A DNA stretch of 10,743 bases from the IMG/VR virus record IMGVR_UViG_2690316267_000013, one strand, 5' to 3'. This document shows, piece after piece, positions 6,945 to 10,743 of this stretch; positions within the stretch are counted from its first letter, which is position 1, and each line of letters begins with the position of its first letter. The notes below the pieces were generated by a model that was not told the origin of the DNA, searched no databases, and was given only the letters and a program-made list of their open reading frames with translations. Source of the DNA: a virus (taxonomy: Duplodnaviria > Heunggongvirae > Uroviricota > Caudoviricetes). Position numbers and translations under genes: made by a program.

Positions 6945-6963
6945 GGCGAGGCGGGGAAAGCAC
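6945..6963. other. cos site: 19-nt P2/P4-type cohesive-end sequence GGCGAGGCGGGGAAAGCAC
   Basis: Exact match to the 19-nt cohesive end shared by P2 and P4 as I recall it. Located between psu and the cargo gene, as in P4. Flanked by inverted repeats at 6872-6899 and 6977-7015. Confidence 0.7.
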
Positions 6964-7198
6964 TGCGCGCCCCCGGTTGGTGCTCGTTACTAATGTTTTT
7001 TGCGCCCGAGCACCGTCGGGAAGGGGCTGGGGGGGATAGGGGAGGTGCCTGACGTCGCGCGGTAATGTTGGTAAGTGTGCCGCTGATGGCTTCTGAGGGG
7101 AGTGGTAAATAGCCGCCTTTCGACGGTGTAGTGGGGAGAGTATTGCTTACAAACGTAATGAAATTGTTTGAGTAGCTAGGCTACTGCATAGGATTATT

Positions 7199-7228
7199 TT
7201 GTTCTGTTAATATATCCGTTAATATAGA
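7199..7228 (+). promoter_or_regulatory. Candidate sigma70 promoter of the cargo gene
   Basis: -35 TTGTTC (7199-7204), about 18-nt spacer, -10 TATAGA (7223-7228) in an AT-rich stretch. Direct repeat gttaatata at 7202/7205-7213 and 7219-7227 overlaps the spacer. By eye only. Confidence 0.3.
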
Positions 7229-7254
7229 TAGATTGATCCAATTGAGTTTAAGGA

Positions 7255-8964
7255 ATGAGTATGTTTCAGATATCAGCTGGAGTGTTCTTTGATTTAGATA
7301 AAATAGAAAAACACGATGGCACATTTGTTTTTTATTCAAATGTTGATGTGTCTTTCTCGGTGGAAAACACCTCCCCTCTTTTTAAAGCAAATAAAATAAG
7401 TCATGATGGTATAAACTGTTATGTGGTAAACTATACTCTCCTGACCGAAAAACCAGAACGAATTGAAGCTGGAGTCGTAGTTAGGGCTGGTGATGAGGAT
7501 TATAGGCAACAATTTATTTTATTATGGGAATTCTATTTTGATTGTGTGGCTAGAGTAGAAAAAGAATCGGTTAAAAAAATATGTGCATTATCAAATTTTA
7601 ATAAACATCACTCAAAAATTGCGCTTGAAGTTGCCCCATATTTAGTGGAGATTAATCGAAGAGTTTCATTTGATGATGTCTCTGGGTTTTCTGCTTTTAT
7701 TAAAGATGTAGTGAATCTAAATAGATCTGCCTTTAAATCTTTAATGGCAGCGTTAAAAATAATTAGTGATTCAAAAGAATCATTGTCAACCAACTTTGAC
7801 CTGACTTATTCCATGTTAGTCTATGCCTTGGAGTCTTTGTCTCAAAGAAATGATAACTATAAGTCTGATTGGGATGACTACGATCAAAAAACCAGAGGTG
7901 AATTAGAGTCTGTATTTGAGCATATGCCTGGTGAGGATGTTTGTAAAATTAAATCAATACTTATTGAAGGCAAACAATTCAGATTACAAAAAAGGTTCAA
8001 AGATTTTATACTGAAAAATCTTGAAGAAAATTATTTCAATGAAACAGAGAGATATCCAATCCGCTATAGCTTCCTTAGTAGAGCTTTAGATAATTTATAC
8101 AAAATCAGGTCTTCTTTTGTCCATGAGCTTAAGCCACTTGATGCAATGATCTCGAAAGCCTACAATCCTGTTGGTGATTGTCTGGTTCTTTTTGGCGAAC
8201 CTCACTTCAGTTACTCTGGATTGCTTCGACTTCTTCGCCATGTGATAATAAATTTTTGCCGTAAAAACTACAGTCAAAAAAGAGAGTCTGTTAATTGGGT
8301 GATGGAAACATCGGGTGTAATGGTTGCAGAGATATCTGCACAATATTGGCTCTGGAATGCAGACGGATTTACAGCTAAAAGTATAGCGAAGTGGTTTAGT
8401 GAATACCTAAATATGTTAAATTTAGGCGAAGTCACTGATTTGCAGTCTATCATGGACAAAATTGAGATAATCTATGATCAATCCAAAAAAGAATATAAAA
8501 ATGGGTTGTTGCATTTTTATTTCTTATATAACTTAATGCATAATGGAAATAAGGGTGAATGGCTTGAGTTTGCGAACAAGCGAAGTTCTATACTTGTTTG
8601 TGATATATATTGGTATTCATGCTCTCCATATTTATATAAATCATTTACTAATGTTTCAAATGGTATTGCTGATATAAAAACATTGAGAAACTTTTTGTCT
8701 TGTTTTAACGAATATGATAAAAATAAATTTAAGCCAAATCGTTTAAATCTCCCTGCAATGACCGAAGTAATTATGTTGGCTTGCGCAGCAAATTCATTCT
8801 TCAGAATTGGAATGTATCAAGACTATGTTTTAATGGGCAATAGAGCGATGAGAGAAATTGCTTCAGTAAAAGATGTATTTTATTATATAAAAGAACGATT
8901 AAGTAATTCACAACTTATTGAATTGGACGAGTGCTTGAGATTGTATAGAAAAAAGGGGGGCTAA
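7255..8964 (+). CDS. Low-GC cargo protein of unknown function in the cos-int hotspot (569 aa from the first ATG; 567 aa from the better-placed ATG at 7261); candidate anti-phage or abortive-infection protein
   Basis: Long uninterrupted ORF with SD aagga 6 nt before the ATG at 7261. Composition is AT-rich and Lys/Asn/Ile/Phe/Tyr-rich, contrasting with the GC-rich satellite core. No Walker A and no YxDD motif. One R-x4-H motif (IRSSFVHE, codons at 8104-8127). Occupies the position where P4 carries gop-beta-cII. Confidence 0.8.
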   Translation: MSMFQISAGVFFDLDKIEKHDGTFVFYSNVDVSFSVENTSPLFKANKISHDGINCYVVNYTLLTEKPERIEAGVVVRAGDEDYRQQFILLWEFYFDCVARVEKESVKKICALSNFNKHHSKIALEVAPYLVEINRRVSFDDVSGFSAFIKDVVNLNRSAFKSLMAALKIISDSKESLSTNFDLTYSMLVYALESLSQRNDNYKSDWDDYDQKTRGELESVFEHMPGEDVCKIKSILIEGKQFRLQKRFKDFILKNLEENYFNETERYPIRYSFLSRALDNLYKIRSSFVHELKPLDAMISKAYNPVGDCLVLFGEPHFSYSGLLRLLRHVIINFCRKNYSQKRESVNWVMETSGVMVAEISAQYWLWNADGFTAKSIAKWFSEYLNMLNLGEVTDLQSIMDKIEIIYDQSKKEYKNGLLHFYFLYNLMHNGNKGEWLEFANKRSSILVCDIYWYSCSPYLYKSFTNVSNGIADIKTLRNFLSCFNEYDKNKFKPNRLNLPAMTEVIMLACAANSFFRIGMYQDYVLMGNRAMREIASVKDVFYYIKERLSNSQLIELDECLRLYRKKGG

Positions 8965-8980
8965 CCCCTTTTATTTTTAA
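8949..8980. terminator. Bidirectional intrinsic terminator shared by the convergent cargo and int genes
   Basis: aaaagggggg-ctaa-cccctttt hairpin (G/C stem 8955-8968) with T-tracts on both sides (tttatttttaa on plus; U6 on minus). The stop codons of both genes (8962-8964 and 8961-8963) lie inside the loop. Confidence 0.5.
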
Positions 8981-10157
8981 CGTATTCTCCCCACCAATCC
9001 ATCAATTCAATTCGCTGCACGAGATAAGTAGAACGATTGTATGCTTTTCTAACTTCATTTTTATCACTGTGGGCTAAGGCAGACTCGATAACATCAGGAT
9101 TTAATCCAGCTTCATTCATGGCTGTACTTGCTATTGAACGTAATCCATGGGCAACTAATTTTCCGCCAAAACCAATACGTTTTAAAGCTGCATTTGCAGT
9201 CTGACTGTTCATTGGTTTCTTTGGGTCATTCCGACTCGGAAAAACATATTCACGATGAGCACTAATAGGCTTCATCACATTAAGAATCTCTAATGCCTGA
9301 GATGATAGAGGAATTATGTGTTCCCGTTTAGCCTTCATCCGTTCGGCAGGAATCGTCCAGAGCTTTGCATGAAGATCGATTTCTTCCCACCGAGTACTGG
9401 AGGCTTCAGAAGGGCGCACAAGAGTCAGGAGTTGCCATTCAATTAGACAGCGAGTCGGGATAGACAGATTTGACATGACTAAAGAACGCATCAGCTTTGG
9501 TAATTCTTCAGGTCGAAGCGTCGGCATGTTTTGTTTTTTTGGCTTTTCGAAGGCCATGCCAACACCTGATGCTGGGTTTGCATCAATCAAGCCAGTGTTA
9601 ACCGCATAAATCATTATTTCGTTAATGCGTTGCACCAGACGACGTACAGTCTCTAATGCCCCACGAGCTTTGACTGGCTCAAGTGCTTCGACCAATGTTC
9701 TAGCTTTGATCTGCTGAACGGGCATCTCACCAACGGCGGGGAATACATCTTTTTCCAATGAGCGCCAAATATCTTTTGCATAATCAGGGGTAACACTTTT
9801 GCTTTTGAGCTGAAACCAATTAGCGGCGACCGTCGAGAAAATACTGTCCTGTGCGATTTGCTGCTGTTCCTCTGCAATTTCAGCTTGAATTTGCGGGTCA
9901 ATTCCGTTGGCTAACAAGGAAAGGTAATCCGCTCTTAAGCGTCGGGCGTCAGCAAGTGAAAGGGCTGGGAAGGCTCCTAGCCCCATCATTGTCCGTTGCT
10001 TTGTTGCCGGACGTTGATAACGGAAACGCCATAACTTCTTACCGTTCGTTTTAACGAGTAGAAAAAGACCATCGCCATCATGCAACGTTAGATCCTTTTC
10101 TAACGCTTTAGCGCGCAGTACTTCTGTGTTGGTCAGGGGGCGTGTCGTTCTTGCCAA
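8961..10157 (-). CDS. int: P4-type tyrosine integrase (N-terminal arm-binding domain plus catalytic domain), 398 aa, TTG start
   Basis: N-terminus typical of P4-family integrases (LTNTEV...GLFLLVKTNGKKLWRFRYQ...LGAFPALSLADAR). Catalytic-type HGLR and C-terminal Tyr region (RKAYNRSTY). SD gaaggag lies 8 nt upstream of the TTG at 10155-10157. Adjacent to and co-oriented with ssrA. Confidence 0.9.
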   Translation of the reverse strand: MARTTRPLTNTEVLRAKALEKDLTLHDGDGLFLLVKTNGKKLWRFRYQRPATKQRTMMGLGAFPALSLADARRLRADYLSLLANGIDPQIQAEIAEEQQQIAQDSIFSTVAANWFQLKSKSVTPDYAKDIWRSLEKDVFPAVGEMPVQQIKARTLVEALEPVKARGALETVRRLVQRINEIMIYAVNTGLIDANPASGVGMAFEKPKKQNMPTLRPEELPKLMRSLVMSNLSIPTRCLIEWQLLTLVRPSEASSTRWEEIDLHAKLWTIPAERMKAKREHIIPLSSQALEILNVMKPISAHREYVFPSRNDPKKPMNSQTANAALKRIGFGGKLVAHGLRSIASTAMNEAGLNPDVIESALAHSDKNEVRKAYNRSTYLVQRIELMDWWGEYVKNKRG

Positions 10158-10176
10158 TTTGGCCGCTCCTTCATGA

Positions 10177-10230
10177 ATTGGTATACGCGTTTAGGTATAC
10201 ATCCTACCGTATACCTAAACGTATACCAAT
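10177..10230. promoter_or_regulatory. Imperfect palindrome with four GGTATAC motifs between the int SD and ssrA; candidate Int/Vis operator or attP arm-type sites
   Basis: Left arm attggtatacgcgtttaggtatac (10177-10200) and right arm gtatacctaaacgtataccaat (10209-10230) are near-perfect reverse complements separated by 8 bp. GGTATAC occurs at 10180-10186 and 10194-10200, and inverted at 10209-10215 and 10222-10228. Confidence 0.5.
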
Positions 10231-10271
10231 AATCACTGGATTTAGCTGGATATCCTCGGACAACGGTAGAC

Positions 10272-10306
10272 ACAAAAAAGCCCGCAGAGCTTGTGCTATG
10301 CGGGCT
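10272..10306 (-). terminator. Intrinsic terminator downstream of ssrA, lying inside the element
   Basis: 8-bp stem agcccgca/tgcgggct (10279-10286 and 10299-10306) with a 12-nt loop, followed on the minus strand by UUUUUGUG (plus 10271-10278). Confidence 0.5.
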
Positions 10307-10341
10307 TTCAGGATTTCTCCGGACGTATCCGGAAGAGCAAG

Positions 10342-10704
10342 TGGTGGAGCTGGCGGGAGTTGAACCCGCGTCCGAAATTCCTACATCCTCGGTACTACAT
10401 GCTTAGTCAGTCTTTACATTCGCTTGCCAGCTGCGGACGGACACGCCACTAACAAACTAGCCTGATTAAGTTTTAACGCTTCAACCCCAGGCAGGGCTTC
10501 CACGCGATCTCTTTTGGGTTTGACCTCTCTTGATCCCCGTCCTAAGAGCGGAGGCTAGGGAGAGAGGGCTCTAAGCAGGTTATTAAGCTGCTAAAGCGTA
10601 GTTTTCGTCGTTTGCGACTATTTTTTGCGGCTTTTTACGAGGCCAACCGCCCCTCGGCATGCACCTTGGGTTTCGCAAATCCCGTCGAATCCAGAATCAG
10701 CCCC
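10342..10704 (-). ncRNA. ssrA: tmRNA (SsrA), 363 nt, enterobacterial type
   Basis: The reverse complement reads GGGGCTGATTCTGGATTCGACGGG ... and ends ...GTTCAACTCCCGCCAGCTCCACCA, matching E. coli tmRNA as I recall it. It includes the tag-peptide reading frame GCAAACGACGAAAACTACGCTTTAGCAGCTTAA (ANDENYALAA stop) at 10583-10615. Confidence 0.95.
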
Positions 10705-10743
10705 AATGTGTAAAGGTAAGTATACCAGATTTATGAGCGCCAT
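10705..10743 (-). promoter_or_regulatory. ssrA promoter region (-10 TATACT at 10719-10724 on the minus strand; -35 truncated by the window edge)
   Basis: TATACT lies 15-20 nt upstream of the mature tmRNA 5' end, consistent with a short precursor leader. Confidence 0.35.

Larger units (their letters stand above)
1..10341. mobile_element. Integrated P4-like satellite phage (helper-dependent phage-plasmid), ssrA-proximal part; element continues beyond the left window edge
   Basis: Gene order and sizes match phage P4 (alpha 777 aa, 106-aa, 151-aa, vis 88 aa, sid 244 aa, delta 166 aa, psu 190 aa), plus the P2/P4 cos 19-mer, TGTTCACC iterons and TGT-N12-ACA boxes. It is flanked on the right by the 3' end of ssrA with a P4-type integrase adjacent. 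The alpha stop codon lies at positions 1-3, so ori/crr-type sequences and attR must be outside the window. Confidence 0.85.

Noticed and set aside
6833-7039. 68-aa plus-strand ORF spanning the terminator hairpins and cos
   Set aside because: It covers palindromes and the cos 19-mer; the Gly/Arg-rich translation is an artefact of GC-rich non-coding DNA.
7608-8459. Three short minus-strand ORFs (61, 82 and 61 aa) inside the cargo gene
   Set aside because: Antisense to the long cargo ORF, and AT-rich DNA yields such frames by chance. No SD.
7255-8964. Cargo as a reverse transcriptase (retron/AbiA/AbiK-like), an ATPase/helicase, or an IS transposase
   Set aside because: No YxDD motif, no Walker A GxxxxGK(S/T), no DDE-like triad recognisable, and no flanking inverted repeats.
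9653-10363. ORFs of 82 aa (minus), 67 aa and 73 aa (plus) within int and the int-ssrA spacer
   Set aside because: They overlap the integrase gene or span its operator palindrome and the ssrA terminator.
1-10743. The window being phage P4 itself
   Set aside because: The core gene set matches P4 in order and size, but the integration site is ssrA rather than a leucine tRNA gene, Int is 398 aa, and the cos-int slot carries a single unrelated gene instead of gop-beta-cII. It is a P4-family relative with a different integration and cargo module.

Overview
This window is most of a P4-like helper-dependent satellite phage (phage-plasmid) integrated next to the tmRNA gene ssrA of an enterobacterial chromosome; the element runs off the left edge of the window. 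Reading right to left from ssrA (minus strand, 10342-10704): a P4-type tyrosine integrase, a single low-GC 569-aa cargo gene, the P2/P4 19-nt cos site, the psu-delta-sid late operon, a non-coding control region with two TGT-N12-ACA activator boxes and a cluster of six TGTTCACC origin-type iterons, vis, an RNA-based immunity region (candidate CI RNA with seqA/seqB/seqC-like complementary elements), and a left operon of a 65-aa, a 95-aa, a 151-aa, a 106-aa (Cnr-like) and the 777-aa alpha primase-helicase gene. Gene sizes and order match phage P4 closely, but the integration module (398-aa Int at ssrA) and the cargo differ from P4, where gop-beta-cII occupy that slot. The most interesting object is the AT-rich cargo gene at 7255-8964, which sits in the cos-int position known to carry swappable anti-phage systems. 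I cannot assign it to any named family by eye, so it is a candidate uncharacterised single-gene defence or abortive-infection protein. All calls are from reading the sequence and the ORF track; no database search or folding was run.
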